This document shows, in pieces, positions 9,381 through 18,788 of a stretch of 64,000 nt of DNA. A program made the position numbers and the translations under genes. The notes under the pieces were generated by a model. It was not told the DNA's origin. It saw only the letters and a program-made list of their open reading frames with translations, and searched no databases. The stretch spans positions 1,542-65,541 of the forward strand of contig JAMIFN010000132.1 in assembly GCA_035906235.1 (NCBI GenBank). Reading direction: 5' to 3'. How positions within the stretch are numbered: the stretch's first letter is position 1; every line of letters begins with the position of its first letter. Source of the stretch: Brachymonas sp. Its GTDB lineage: Bacteria; Pseudomonadota; Gammaproteobacteria; Burkholderiales; Burkholderiaceae_C.

Positions 9381-10286
9381 ATGTCTAGTGTGTTGATATT
9401 TTTGCTGGTTGCCGCCATCGTGCTGGCCTCCAAATCGATTAAAACCGTGCCCCAGCAACGCGCTTGGATAGTTGAGCGCTTTGGCAAATTCGACCGCACC
9501 CTAGAGCCTGGCCTGCGCCTGATTTTGCCCTTCATCGACCGCATCGGTGCTAAACACGATTTGCGCGAAGTGCCGCTGGATGTGCCCAGCCAAGTCTGTA
9601 TCACGCGCGACAACACGCAATTGCAGGTAGATGGCATTTTGTATTTTCAGGTGACTGAGCCCAAGCTGGCCACCTATGGCTCGTCTAATTACCTCTTGGC
9701 CATCACGCAATTGGCGCAAACCACGCTGCGCAGCATCGTCGGCAAATTAGAGCTGGACAAAACCTTTGAAGAGCGCGACATGATCAACCACGCCGTCGTC
9801 AGCGCCTTAGACCAAGCTGCGCAAAATTGGGGCGTGAAAGTGCTGCGTTATGAAATCAAAGATTTGACGCCACCGAAAGAAATTTTGCACGCCATGCAAG
9901 CGCAAATCACCGCCGAGCGCGAAAAACGCGCCCTGATTGCCGCCTCTGAAGGCCGCAAACAAGAGCAAATCAACATCGCCGAAGGCCAGCGCGAAGCGGC
10001 GATCGCCAAATCTGAAGGCGACAAAATCAGCCAAATCAACCAAGCCCAAGGCGAAGCCTCGGCCATTTTGGCCAAGGCCGAAGCCAATGCCGCCGCCATT
10101 CGCCAAATCGCTGCGGCGATTGAAAGCCAGGGCGGTCTGCAGGCGGTGAATTTAAAAGTGGCCGAGCAGTATGTCGAAGCCCTGTCTGGCATCGCCAAAA
10201 CCAGCAACACCATCGTGGTGCCGCAAAACTTGGCCGATGTCAGCGGTTTGGTCGCTGCGGCCACCAGTGTGCTGAAAAAAGTCTAA
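9381..10286 (+). CDS. SPFH/band-7 (stomatin-like) protein
   Basis: N-terminal TM helix, then VPQQRAWIVERFGKF and an A/E/Q-rich coiled-coil C-terminus. GGGAG lies upstream of the ATG. Confidence 0.85.
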   Translation: MSSVLIFLLVAAIVLASKSIKTVPQQRAWIVERFGKFDRTLEPGLRLILPFIDRIGAKHDLREVPLDVPSQVCITRDNTQLQVDGILYFQVTEPKLATYGSSNYLLAITQLAQTTLRSIVGKLELDKTFEERDMINHAVVSALDQAAQNWGVKVLRYEIKDLTPPKEILHAMQAQITAEREKRALIAASEGRKQEQINIAEGQREAAIAKSEGDKISQINQAQGEASAILAKAEANAAAIRQIAAAIESQGGLQAVNLKVAEQYVEALSGIAKTSNTIVVPQNLADVSGLVAAATSVLKKV

Positions 10287-10303
10287 GCTCCAGCGCCCTC
10301 ACG

Positions 10304-10327
10304 ACGCACACTTCGGTGTGCGTTTTT
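10304..10327 (+). terminator. rho-independent terminator after the SPFH gene
   Basis: acgcacac-ttcg-gtgtgcgt followed by tttt. Confidence 0.7.
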
Positions 10328-10367
10328 CATGGTGCTGCATCATCGACCTTAAGCTTTGGAAGAACCT

Positions 10368-10715
10368 ATGCCCCTCCTGTTTTCTTACGGCACGCTGCAA
10401 TTGCCCAGCGTGCAATTGGCCAATTTTGAACGCCTGCTACAAGGCCAAGCCGACAGCCTGCAAGGCTGGCGCCAAGACATGGTGGAGATCACCGACCCCC
10501 AGGTTTTGGCTGAAAGCGGTGAACGCTTTCACCCCATTTTGCGCCGCACCAATGCCGCGCAGGATGCGGTTGCAGGCACGGTGTTTGACATCAGCGCGGC
10601 CGAGCTGCTGCGCGCAGACAGCTATGAGGTGGACGACTACCACCGCATCGAAGTGCAGCTCGCCTCAGGCAGCACGGCTTGGGTTTATGTGGCGCGCGAT
10701 CAGCAGGCGGCATAG
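10368..10715 (+). CDS. gamma-glutamylcyclotransferase (AIG2/GGACT-like) family protein
   Basis: MPLLFSYGTLQ... N-terminus (YGTL motif), about 115 aa. Confidence 0.55.
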   Translation: MPLLFSYGTLQLPSVQLANFERLLQGQADSLQGWRQDMVEITDPQVLAESGERFHPILRRTNAAQDAVAGTVFDISAAELLRADSYEVDDYHRIEVQLASGSTAWVYVARDQQAA

Positions 10716-10732
10716 CAACCTGATGTAAACGA

Positions 10733-10795
10733 TTTTTGGGTATTTTCAGCATGTTTTTGGCGTTTTAGGCCGCAAAACCTGCCTGAGTAGCTCAC
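10733..10795 (+). repeat. 55-bp dispersed repeat, copy 3
   Basis: tttttgggtattttcagcatgtttttggcgttttaggccgcaaaacctgcctgagtagctcac (1 core mismatch). Confidence 0.85.
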
Positions 10796-10820
10796 TTTTT
10801 TGACGCATAAAAGACCTGAA

Positions 10821-11104
10821 ATTGCGGGTCAAGCCCGCAATGACGCGAAGGCTCGTCATGCCAGCGTAGGCTGGCTTCTACCCCGCTGCGGCCTAGGCTT
10901 TGCAGGTTTACCTTGGGTTTGCGATGGATGGATTCCCGCCTTCGCGGGAATGACGAGGTAGTGGGGTGCAGCTTATTGGGTTTCGTCATTCCCGTGCAAA
11001 CGGGAATCCATGTATTTCGGGTTTCATTATTTCCCCGTAGGTCAAAATCTCGGTTTTTGTACTTCCCCATTGCTTCGCGAAAGATTGCGGCTCAAGCCCG
11101 CAAT
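10821..11104. repeat. cluster of five CGTCAT-flanked hairpin modules (NIME/dRS3-like)
   Basis: attgcgggtcaagcccgcaat-gacg; cgtcat-gccagcgtaggctggc; attcccgccttcgcgggaat-gacg; cgtcat-tcccgtgcaaacgggaat; attgcggctcaagcccgcaat. Confidence 0.8.
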
Positions 11105-11110
11105 CATGCT

Positions 11111-11167
11111 GTGTTTTTCATGCTCAAATATGGCTTTTAGGCCGAAAAACCTGCCTGAGTAGCTATC
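11111..11167 (+). repeat. 55-bp dispersed repeat, copy 4
   Basis: ...ggcttttaggccgaaaaacctgcctgagtagctatc (1 core mismatch). Confidence 0.85.
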
Positions 11168-11176
11168 GTTTTTTAT

Positions 11177-12604
11177 ATGCCATCTACGCCTACCACGCCC
11201 CATTTACGCCCCCTGTTGTGGCTGGTGGCTGCGGCGCTGTTTATCCAAACCCTGGATTCCACCATCGTCAATACCGCCTTGCCGGCTATGGCGGAATCTA
11301 TGGGCGAGAGCGCGCTGGCGGTGCACGGCATTGTGGTGTCTTACACCTTGACCATGGCGCTGCTCATCCCCGCTTCGGGTTGGCTGGCCGATCGCTGGGG
11401 CACCAAGCGCGTGTTCAGCGCCTCTTTGTTGCTGTTTGCTTTTGGCTCTTTGCTTTGCGCCCTGTCTAGCCAGTTAGAAAGCTTAATCGCCGCCCGTGTG
11501 GTGCAGGGCGTGGGCGCGTCGATGTTGATGCCTGTGGGCAGGCTGGCGGTGTTGCGCGCCGTGCCGCGTAGCCAGTTTTTAGCGGCCATCAGCTTTATTG
11601 CCGTGCCGGGTTTGCTGGGGCCTTTGGTGGGCCCCAGCTTGGGCGGCTGGTTGGTGGAGTATGCCAGCTGGCATTGGATTTTTCTCATCAACTTGCCGAT
11701 TTGCGCCATAGGCTTGTATTTGGCCAGGCGTTATTTGCCCGATTTTCGTGCTGAAAATCCCCCACCTTTTGATCGCAAAGGCTATGCGCTGCTGGCTGGG
11801 GCTTTGCTAGCGCTCTCGCTCAGCCTAGAGCTGCTGAGCGCGCGCAGCTTTGGCCTGCTGTGGCCGGCTGTGTGTTTTTTGCTCTGCCTGCTGTGCAGCG
11901 CCCTGTATTACGCCCACGCCCAGCGCCTGCGCCATCAGCACCCGCTGTTTGCGCTCTCGCTGTTTCGTGTCACCAGCTTGCGTATAGGGCTGCTGGGCAA
12001 TGTGGCCACGCGCCTTGGCTCGTCGGGCATGTCTTATGTGATTCCGCTGATGCTGCAACTGCCTCTGGGCAATAGCCCTGCCCGCGCGGGTTTGCTGATG
12101 GTGCCCATAGCCCTGGCCAGCATAGCCGCCAAGCGCTTGGCGACAGGGTTTATTGGGCGCTGGGGTTACCGCCGCGTGCTCATGGGCAATACCCAGTGCA
12201 TAGGCCTGTGCATCCTCAGTTTTGCGCTGTTTACGCCGCACACGCCCCTGCCCCTGCTGCTGCTGAGTTTGTCGGTTTTTGGCCTGTGCAACTCGCTGCA
12301 ATACACGGCGCTCAATACCGTGACGCTGAAAGATGTTAGCGAGGCGCAGGCCAGCAGCGCCAACACCCTGCTTTCAGTCGTGCAAATGGGGGCGATTAGC
12401 CTAGGCCTAGCCGCCGCTGCCGTGGTGTTGGGTTTGTATAGCCAAGCCATGCAGGTGCAGGCGGGCAGCCCCGATTTGATGCGCGCGTTCCGCGCCACTT
12501 TTTTGACATTGGGCAGCCTGACTTTGGCATCCAGCTATATGTTTAGCCGCCTGCCGCGCCACGAGAAAAACGCCACGCACGACCTCGGCATGAACGCAGA
12601 CTAA
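11177..12604 (+). CDS. MFS transporter (DHA2/EmrB-like, about 14 TM)
   Basis: 475 aa and highly hydrophobic. It has MFS motif A-like GWLADRWGTKRV and LDSTIVNTALPAM near the N-terminus. Confidence 0.8.
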   Translation: MPSTPTTPHLRPLLWLVAAALFIQTLDSTIVNTALPAMAESMGESALAVHGIVVSYTLTMALLIPASGWLADRWGTKRVFSASLLLFAFGSLLCALSSQLESLIAARVVQGVGASMLMPVGRLAVLRAVPRSQFLAAISFIAVPGLLGPLVGPSLGGWLVEYASWHWIFLINLPICAIGLYLARRYLPDFRAENPPPFDRKGYALLAGALLALSLSLELLSARSFGLLWPAVCFLLCLLCSALYYAHAQRLRHQHPLFALSLFRVTSLRIGLLGNVATRLGSSGMSYVIPLMLQLPLGNSPARAGLLMVPIALASIAAKRLATGFIGRWGYRRVLMGNTQCIGLCILSFALFTPHTPLPLLLLSLSVFGLCNSLQYTALNTVTLKDVSEAQASSANTLLSVVQMGAISLGLAAAAVVLGLYSQAMQVQAGSPDLMRAFRATFLTLGSLTLASSYMFSRLPRHEKNATHDLGMNAD

Positions 12605-12672
12605 GCCGCTCTTGTGCGCACCTGTAGTAGAGTTTCTCCTTCCCGTTTTTTGCAAGAAAGAGCCAGACTGCT

Positions 12673-13539
12673 ATGAGTGACCAAACTGCCGTTTACGGCG
12701 CGGGCAAAACCACCCCCGCCGCCCCGCGCAAGCCCATTAGCCTGCCGCGCTTGGCCGAGATGCGCGCACGGGGCGAAAAAATCACCATGCTCACCGCCTA
12801 TGACGCCACTTTTGCCGCCGTAGCCGATGCAGCGGGCATAGACACCATTTTGATTGGCGATTCGCTGGGCATGGTCTGCCAGGGTTTGAATAGCACCACG
12901 GGTGTGAGTTTGGACACCATGGCCTACCATGTGGAATCGGTCTCGCGCGGGCTGATACGCAGCCAAGGCACGGCTTTTTTGGTGGGTGATTTGCCCTATG
13001 GCAGCTACCACGAGAGTCGCGAGCAAGCCATGCGCTCGGCCGCACGGCTGATGCAGGCGGGCGCACACATGGTCAAGCTAGAAGGCGGCGGCTGGACGGC
13101 TGAAACCGTGCGCTTTTTGGTCGAACGCGGCATCCCCGTCTGCGCCCACTTGGGGCTAACGCCGCAAACCGTGCACGCCCTGGGCGGCTACCGCGTGCAG
13201 GGCAAAGACGATGCGGGCGCGGCCACCTTGCGCCAACACGCGCTGGAGCTGCAAGACGCAGGCGCGGCCATGCTGGTGCTAGAGATGGTGCCCGCTAAAT
13301 TGGCCACAGCCCTGACGCAAGAGCTCACGCGCTGCCACACCATAGGCATAGGCGCGGGCAAAGGCACAGCCGGCCAAGTGCTGGTGCTGCACGATATGCT
13401 GGGCATCAATCTGGGCAAAATGCCCAAATTCGTGCGCAACTTCATGGCGGATGCGGGCAGCGTCAAAGGCGCGTTTGAGGCCTATATCCGCGCCGTCAAA
13501 GACGGCAGCTTCCCCGATGACGCCCTACACGCGTGGTAA
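12673..13539 (+). CDS. panB: 3-methyl-2-oxobutanoate hydroxymethyltransferase
   Basis: [12 protein letters not shown]...[10 protein letters not shown]...VKLEGG motifs. Confidence 0.9.
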   Translation: MSDQTAVYGAGKTTPAAPRKPISLPRLAEMRARGEKITMLTAYDATFAAVADAAGIDTILIGDSLGMVCQGLNSTTGVSLDTMAYHVESVSRGLIRSQGTAFLVGDLPYGSYHESREQAMRSAARLMQAGAHMVKLEGGGWTAETVRFLVERGIPVCAHLGLTPQTVHALGGYRVQGKDDAGAATLRQHALELQDAGAAMLVLEMVPAKLATALTQELTRCHTIGIGAGKGTAGQVLVLHDMLGINLGKMPKFVRNFMADAGSVKGAFEAYIRAVKDGSFPDDALHAW

Positions 13540-13563
13540 ATACGACGGATTGCAGCCCCTGCC

Positions 13564-14898
13564 ATGAACCGCCAAGAGCCTACCTGGAGCGTCAGCGCAC
13601 TGTGCGCGGCCATCGATAACGCGTTCACCCGCAGCTGGCCTGCGCTTTTGGTTGAAGGCGAAATCAGCAATTGGGTAGCCAGCGCCAGTGGTCACGCCTA
13701 TTTCAGCCTCAAGGACACCCAGGCGCAGCTGCGCTGTGTGGCGTTTCGCCGCGTCTTGTCGCAGCTCGATTTTCAGCCGGCCAGTGGCCAGCAGGTGCAA
13801 ATTCGTGCCCGGCTCTCGCTCTACCAGGCGCGTGGCGATATGCAATTGGTCGTGGACAGCATTACCCGCCCCAGCGCGGGCGCTCTGCACGAGGCATTTT
13901 TGCGCCTCAAAGCCAAATTGCAGACCGAGGGCTTATTTGACAGTGCGCGCAAACGCCCCCTGCCGCGTCTGCCCAGCCGTTTGGGGCTGGTCACCTCCGC
14001 CGCAGGCGCGGCACAGCACGACGTGCTGCAAACTTTGGCACGCCGCGCGCCCCATGTGCAAGTGCAATTTGCCCCGGCCAGCGTACAAGGCAGCGGCGCC
14101 CCGGCTGAGTTAATCGCAGCCCTACAGCGCCTCTACCACTTACCCCAAACCTGCAGACCAGAAACCATATTGCTGGTACGCGGCGGCGGCAGCGCCGAAG
14201 ATTTAGCGGCCTTCAATCACGAGGCGCTGGCGCGTTGCATCGCAGCCAGCCCCGTCCCCATCATCAGCGGCGTGGGGCATGAAAGCGATTTTTCTATCGC
14301 CGACATGGTGGCCGATGTGCGCGCCGCCACCCCAACTGCCGCAGCTGAACTGGCTTCCCCAGAGCGCGATCGCTTGCTGGCTGATTTACAAGCACTACAG
14401 GCTCGGCTGAGTCAAAAAATACAGCAAAGCATAGACCGCCATGCGCAATACTTGGATTACGCCCAACAACAACTGGCGCAGCAACGGCGCCACACGCTGC
14501 AAGCGCAAAACACCCAACTGCACCAACTGGCGCTGCAGTTGCGCAGCGGTGTGCACGGACAATTGCAGCAGGCATCCTTTGCCTTGCAGGGGCAGGCACA
14601 GCAATTAGGGGCCAACCGCGTCCGCAGCCTAGCCATGCTGGCGCACCAATTACAGCTACAGCAACTGCAGTGCCGCCATATCCTGCGCCAGCAGCTGCAC
14701 CAGCATAGCCAGTGGCTTAGCATGTGCGAACAACGACTGCTGAGCTACCAAAGCAGCCGCGCCGCGCAAACCGTGGTGTTGCAGCGGGCTGATGGGCAGA
14801 CCATCTGCAGCGTGGCCGATGTGCAGGCAGGCGACACCGTGCAGGCAGTGCTGGCCGATGGGCGCTTGCAACTGCAGGTGTTGGGCACAGCCGCCTGA
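13564..14898 (+). CDS. xseA: exodeoxyribonuclease VII large subunit
   Basis: VSALCAAIDNAF...EGEISNW...SGHAYFSLKD OB-fold N-terminus, then LVRGGGSAEDL and a long Q/L-rich coiled coil. Confidence 0.85.
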   Translation: MNRQEPTWSVSALCAAIDNAFTRSWPALLVEGEISNWVASASGHAYFSLKDTQAQLRCVAFRRVLSQLDFQPASGQQVQIRARLSLYQARGDMQLVVDSITRPSAGALHEAFLRLKAKLQTEGLFDSARKRPLPRLPSRLGLVTSAAGAAQHDVLQTLARRAPHVQVQFAPASVQGSGAPAELIAALQRLYHLPQTCRPETILLVRGGGSAEDLAAFNHEALARCIAASPVPIISGVGHESDFSIADMVADVRAATPTAAAELASPERDRLLADLQALQARLSQKIQQSIDRHAQYLDYAQQQLAQQRRHTLQAQNTQLHQLALQLRSGVHGQLQQASFALQGQAQQLGANRVRSLAMLAHQLQLQQLQCRHILRQQLHQHSQWLSMCEQRLLSYQSSRAAQTVVLQRADGQTICSVADVQAGDTVQAVLADGRLQLQVLGTAA

Positions 14899-14968
14899 TG
14901 CCGCCATCCCTATCGTCCTCATCCCATAATGGGCGGTCATTGATTTTTTCGGTGCCGCCCGCACCTGT

Positions 14969-15292
14969 ATGCGCATGACTACCAAACCCCCAGCGCCGTC
15001 CACGCCGCCCACCCACCCCACCACCACGGGGGAGCCTCCCCCTTTGATCGCGTTCCCCTGCGCCTTTCCCATCAAAGTCATGGGCCTGAACCAGCCTGAT
15101 TTTGTGGACATCATGGTTGCCGTGGTGCGCCTGCACGACCCCGAATTTGACCAAACCACCCTGGTCATGCGCGAAAGCTCGGGTGGCAAATACCAGGGGC
15201 TAACCATCACCGTGACCGCCACCAGCCAAAACCACTTGGACGACATTTACCGCGCCCTAACCGGCCATCCCCTGTCGAAATATGTGCTCTAA
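14969..15292 (+). CDS. YbeD/DUF493-family protein
   Basis: FPCAFPIKVMG...GKYQGLTITV pattern. It lies directly upstream of lipB, as in many proteobacteria. The N-terminal extension is P/T-rich. Confidence 0.7.
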   Translation: MRMTTKPPAPSTPPTHPTTTGEPPPLIAFPCAFPIKVMGLNQPDFVDIMVAVVRLHDPEFDQTTLVMRESSGGKYQGLTITVTATSQNHLDDIYRALTGHPLSKYVL

Positions 15293-15308
15293 ATCCAGTA
15301 TCAAAAAC

Positions 15309-15366
15309 AGAGCTGCTCAGGCAGGTTTGGCGGCCTAAAACCGCTAAAACACCCTTAAAAATGCCC
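15309..15366 (-). repeat. 55-bp dispersed repeat, copy 5 (between ybeD-like and lipB)
   Basis: agctgctcaggcaggttt is the exact reverse core. Confidence 0.85.
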
Positions 15367-15367
15367 T

Positions 15368-16039
15368 ATGAATGACTTTCTCTTGCGCGATCTAGGCTTG
15401 GTAGATTACGCCGCCAGCTACGCCGCTATGCAAAGCTTTACGGCGCAGCGCGAGGCCAGCACGCCAGACGAAGTTTGGTTCTGCCAGCACCCGCCCGTGT
15501 TTACCCAAGGTCTGGCAGGCAAGGCCGAGCACTTGCTGCTAGCGGGCGACATCCCCGTGGTGCAAAGCAATCGCGGCGGGCAAGTCACCTACCACGGCCC
15601 GGGGCAAATCGTGGCCTACCCGCTCATCAACCTGCAGCAGCGCGGCTATTTCGTCAAAGAATATGTCTATAAGTTGGAAGAAAGCCTGATCCGCACCCTG
15701 GCCGAATTTGGCATCACAGGGCACCGCGTGCGCGGCGCGCCTGGGGTCTATGTGCGCCGCTCTGCGCCTGGCAGCCATGCGCGTTTAAGCGAGCTGGAAA
15801 ATAGCATCGCCAACCCCGATTTGGGCAAAATCGCCGCCCTGGGCATCAAGGTCACGCGCCACTACAGCTACCACGGCCTGGCGCTGAATGTGGCCATGGA
15901 TTTGCAGCCCTTTCACCGCATCAACCCCTGCGGCTACGCCGGGCTGGAAACGGTGGACATGGCCAGCTGCGGCGTGCGCCCAGAACTGGCGCAGGTGCAA
16001 AGCGTGCTGGCCGCGCAGTTGCTGCGCTGGTTGGCTTGA
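15368..16039 (+). CDS. lipB: octanoyltransferase
   Basis: HPPVFTQG...[13 protein letters not shown]...KIAALGIK motifs. Confidence 0.9.
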   Translation: MNDFLLRDLGLVDYAASYAAMQSFTAQREASTPDEVWFCQHPPVFTQGLAGKAEHLLLAGDIPVVQSNRGGQVTYHGPGQIVAYPLINLQQRGYFVKEYVYKLEESLIRTLAEFGITGHRVRGAPGVYVRRSAPGSHARLSELENSIANPDLGKIAALGIKVTRHYSYHGLALNVAMDLQPFHRINPCGYAGLETVDMASCGVRPELAQVQSVLAAQLLRWLA

Positions 16040-16140
16040 TGCGTATTAGTTCAACAATGGGACAATAAGCCTTTTAATCGTAAAATATCGCTCAATGTCC
16101 CATTTTTGGAACAATGCAGCTATTTCAGCTGCATTCAAGC

Positions 16141-16197
16141 TATTTTTTCAATACGAAATAGGCGATTTAAGCCGAAAAACCTGCCTGAGAAGCTATT
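16141..16197 (+). repeat. 55-bp dispersed repeat, copy 6
   Basis: ...gatttaagccgaaaaacctgcctgagaagctattg (1 core mismatch). Confidence 0.8.
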
Positions 16198-16200
16198 GTT

Positions 16201-17568
16201 TTAGGAGTTCATCAAGGCTTCAATCTCGGCCACCGCCACAGGTAGGGCACGGGTCAGCAGCTCGCAGCCCTCTGCCGTGACTGCGGCATCGTCCTCAATG
16301 CGGATGCCGATGTGGTGGAACTGCTCTGGCACCTCGGCGCTGGGGCGCAGATACAGGCCGGGTTCGATAGTCAGCACCATGCCAGGCTGAAGGATGCGGC
16401 TGGCGCCATCGGCCTCGGTATAGCTGCCCGCATCGTGCACATCCAGCCCCAGCCAGTGGCTGGTGCGGTGCATGTAATAGGGCGTGTAGGCTTTGCTGGC
16501 GATGGCGTCTTGCACGCTGCCGTGCTTATCAGCCCGCAAAATGCGCAAATCAAACAAGCCCTGCACCAGCAGCGCCAGCGCGGCCTGGTGCACGCTATCA
16601 AAGCTCACGCCCGGGCGCGTGGCGGCAATCGCGGCCTCTTGCGCGGCCAGCACCACCTCGTACACCGCCCGCTGCGCTGCGCTAAACCGCCCGCCTGCGG
16701 GAAAGGTGCGGGTGATGTCGCTGGCGTAGTTTTGCCATTCGCAAGCCGCGTCTATCAGCACCAATTCATCGGCTTTAAGCGGCGCATTGCCGGCGCGGTA
16801 ATGCAGCACACAGGCATTGGCACCCGCAGCGACGATGCTGGTGTAGGCAGGGGCGGCGCTACCCGCTTGCCGAAAGGCGTGCAGCAGCTCGGCCTCTAAA
16901 TGGAATTCACGCGCATCCTGCCCTGCGCGCAACATACGGGCAGAAGTTTGCATGGCGCGGATATGCCCCTGGGCGCTGATGTCACCGGCGTGGCGCATCA
17001 AGGCGATTTCGCCCGCGTCTTTGTGCAGGCGCATTTCGTCCAGCAGGGTGCAAATATCGCGCAGCACCTGCGGCGCACGCACACCACTGCGGGCACGGTT
17101 GCGCAGTGCGCCCAGCCATTGCTGAATCTGCAGCGGCAGCCCAGCCTGCACCGCAAAAGGAAAATACAGCGTCTCTTGGCCTGCCAACAGTTCTGGCATT
17201 TGTGCATCTAACGCCGCGCTGCTCCACGCCACATCCACCCCCAAAGCGGCTGGTGCCGCGTCTGGTCCCAGGCGGTAGCCATCCCAAATCTCGCGTTCCA
17301 AATCTTTGGGCTGGCACAGCACCGTAGTGCGGCCACTACCACCCTCTAACACCAGCCAAGCCTGCGGCTCTTCAAAACCCGTGAGGTAATAAAAATAGCT
17401 ATCGGCACGATAAGGAAAATGCGCATCGCGGTTGCGCACCTGCTCGGGCGCGGTGGGGATGATGGCCACGCTGCCCGCCCCAAGAGCGCGCGCCAAAGCC
17501 TGGCGGCGCTGGGCGTACACGGCAGCGGCAATATGCGGGGTGGGGGTGTGGGGGTCGAGGAAAGCCAT
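16201..17568 (-). CDS. pepP: Xaa-Pro aminopeptidase (aminopeptidase P)
   Basis: 455 aa with a creatinase-like N-domain and M24 metal ligands (DAACEW..YASDITRT, HWLGLDVHD, TIEPG, IRIEDD). Confidence 0.85.
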   Translation of the reverse strand: MAFLDPHTPTPHIAAAVYAQRRQALARALGAGSVAIIPTAPEQVRNRDAHFPYRADSYFYYLTGFEEPQAWLVLEGGSGRTTVLCQPKDLEREIWDGYRLGPDAAPAALGVDVAWSSAALDAQMPELLAGQETLYFPFAVQAGLPLQIQQWLGALRNRARSGVRAPQVLRDICTLLDEMRLHKDAGEIALMRHAGDISAQGHIRAMQTSARMLRAGQDAREFHLEAELLHAFRQAGSAAPAYTSIVAAGANACVLHYRAGNAPLKADELVLIDAACEWQNYASDITRTFPAGGRFSAAQRAVYEVVLAAQEAAIAATRPGVSFDSVHQAALALLVQGLFDLRILRADKHGSVQDAIASKAYTPYYMHRTSHWLGLDVHDAGSYTEADGASRILQPGMVLTIEPGLYLRPSAEVPEQFHHIGIRIEDDAAVTAEGCELLTRALPVAVAEIEALMNS

Positions 17569-17631
17569 GCGCCATTATGCAAACACGCACAGGCAAATTT
17601 CGGCATAATGACCAGCACAAGGAGTGAAACC

Positions 17632-17916
17632 ATGAAAAACACCGCTACTGCCCGCCCCCTGCCATTTTGGGCACAGAAAAAATTCTGGCTCAGCGCCAGC
17701 CTTTTGGCTTTAGGCATGGCTTACGCCGCCAGCCAAGCCCATGCTGCCATTGAAGTCGCCCGCGTGGACGACGATGAACTCAGTTGCGAACAAATTGCTG
17801 CCGAAGTCAAAAAAATGGACGCTATTGCCGCCAGCGGAAGCGCCGACGCCAAAGCTGCTGCGCAGCGCAAAGCGCGCCTAGAGGCCCTGGCTAAGGCCAC
17901 AAAGTGCAAGCTGTAA
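17632..17916 (+). CDS. small secreted protein, paralog 1 (94 aa)
   Basis: AAGGAG lies upstream of the ATG and there is a signal peptide ...ASQAHA. It contains DDELSCEQIAAEVKKMD and a C-terminal KATKCKL, and has its own terminator. Confidence 0.6.
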   Translation: MKNTATARPLPFWAQKKFWLSASLLALGMAYAASQAHAAIEVARVDDDELSCEQIAAEVKKMDAIAASGSADAKAAAQRKARLEALAKATKCKL

Positions 17917-17960
17917 ATCGTCCCCCTTGTCAATCCCCTGAATAAGGGGCTAGGCAACAG

Positions 17961-17986
17961 ATGCTTGGCTTGCCAAGCATTTTTTT
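17961..17986 (+). terminator. rho-independent terminator
   Basis: atgcttggc-tt-gccaagcat followed by tttttt. Confidence 0.8.
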
Positions 17987-18057
17987 GCGACCGGGCTTTA
18001 CCTACAAATGCAAAAACTGCATCATCCTTGCGTATTGTTTTTTGCAAAGGAAGTTTT

Positions 18058-18567
18058 ATGCGTTTTTGGCCCCTTCTGGCAGCTAGTGCCGCCCTCGTTT
18101 TGGCTTGTCAAGCACAAGCCCAGCAAATCATCCAGGTAGAAAAATTGGGCGACGATGAGTTGACCTGTCAAGAGTTGTACAACGAAGTCAAAACCCTAGA
18201 CGGCATCATTGCCGGCACCCCTAGCCCAGCCACAGCAGCTGCCAATGCCCAAGCACAAGCCCAGGCACAAGCAGCCACAGCTGCCAATGCACAGCTGCAG
18301 GCGCAAAATGCCCAGATCGCCGCACATGCGGCACAACAGGCTGCCATACACGCTGGCTCATCCTCTGGTTTTGCCCTAGGTGGACTATTTGGCTCTATCG
18401 CCTCTGCAGTGGCCAGCAATCAAGCTGCCAAAGCCGCACAAGCACCCGCAACACCTGCGGCCATTGGCTTCAGCCCAGCCCAAATTGAAGCGTCTGGCAA
18501 ACGAAAAACGCATTTGACCGCCTTGTTTAAGCAGCAAAAATGCAAAGTCAAAAATTTGGTGCAATAA
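18058..18567 (+). CDS. small secreted protein, paralog 2 (169 aa, A/Q-rich insert)
   Basis: Signal peptide MRFWPLLAASAALVLACQAQA, then DDELTCQELYNEVKTLD and a C-terminal KQQKCKV. The central region is low complexity (AQAQAQAQAATAANAQLQAQNAQ). Confidence 0.6.
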   Translation: MRFWPLLAASAALVLACQAQAQQIIQVEKLGDDELTCQELYNEVKTLDGIIAGTPSPATAAANAQAQAQAQAATAANAQLQAQNAQIAAHAAQQAAIHAGSSSGFALGGLFGSIASAVASNQAAKAAQAPATPAAIGFSPAQIEASGKRKTHLTALFKQQKCKVKNLVQ

Positions 18568-18595
18568 GCGTTTTGCACCCCTGTTAACACTCGCA

Positions 18596-18618
18596 AAAGC
18601 AGCCTCGGCTGCTTTTTT
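18596..18618 (+). terminator. rho-independent terminator
   Basis: agcagc-ctcg-gctgct followed by ttttt. Confidence 0.7.
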
Positions 18619-18788
18619 GCTGGTGTGGCGGTATTTTGTCCTCAGCACCCAATCCACTTGCACAGCCACCCCAAGCACAGCAGCTTTACTTGCTGATTAC
18701 GCAAAATTATGCTGCCGACACGGGCATCGCACCTCTGGTGCGCACAATCAGCAGCACCAATGGAAGTGGACCATCAAAGGGGCATCAT

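Noticed and set aside
10792-11140. ORFs of 92 aa and 75 aa in the intergenic region (..SFPRRRESI.., ..RLRGNDE..).
   Set aside because: These peptides are the stereotyped translations of the hairpin repeat modules and are not genes.
17419-18567. The long forms of the two small secreted ORFs (165 aa and 200 aa in the track).
   Set aside because: The N-terminal extensions overlap pepP or precede the RBS. Internal ATGs at 17632 (AAGGAG upstream) and 18058 give clean signal peptides.
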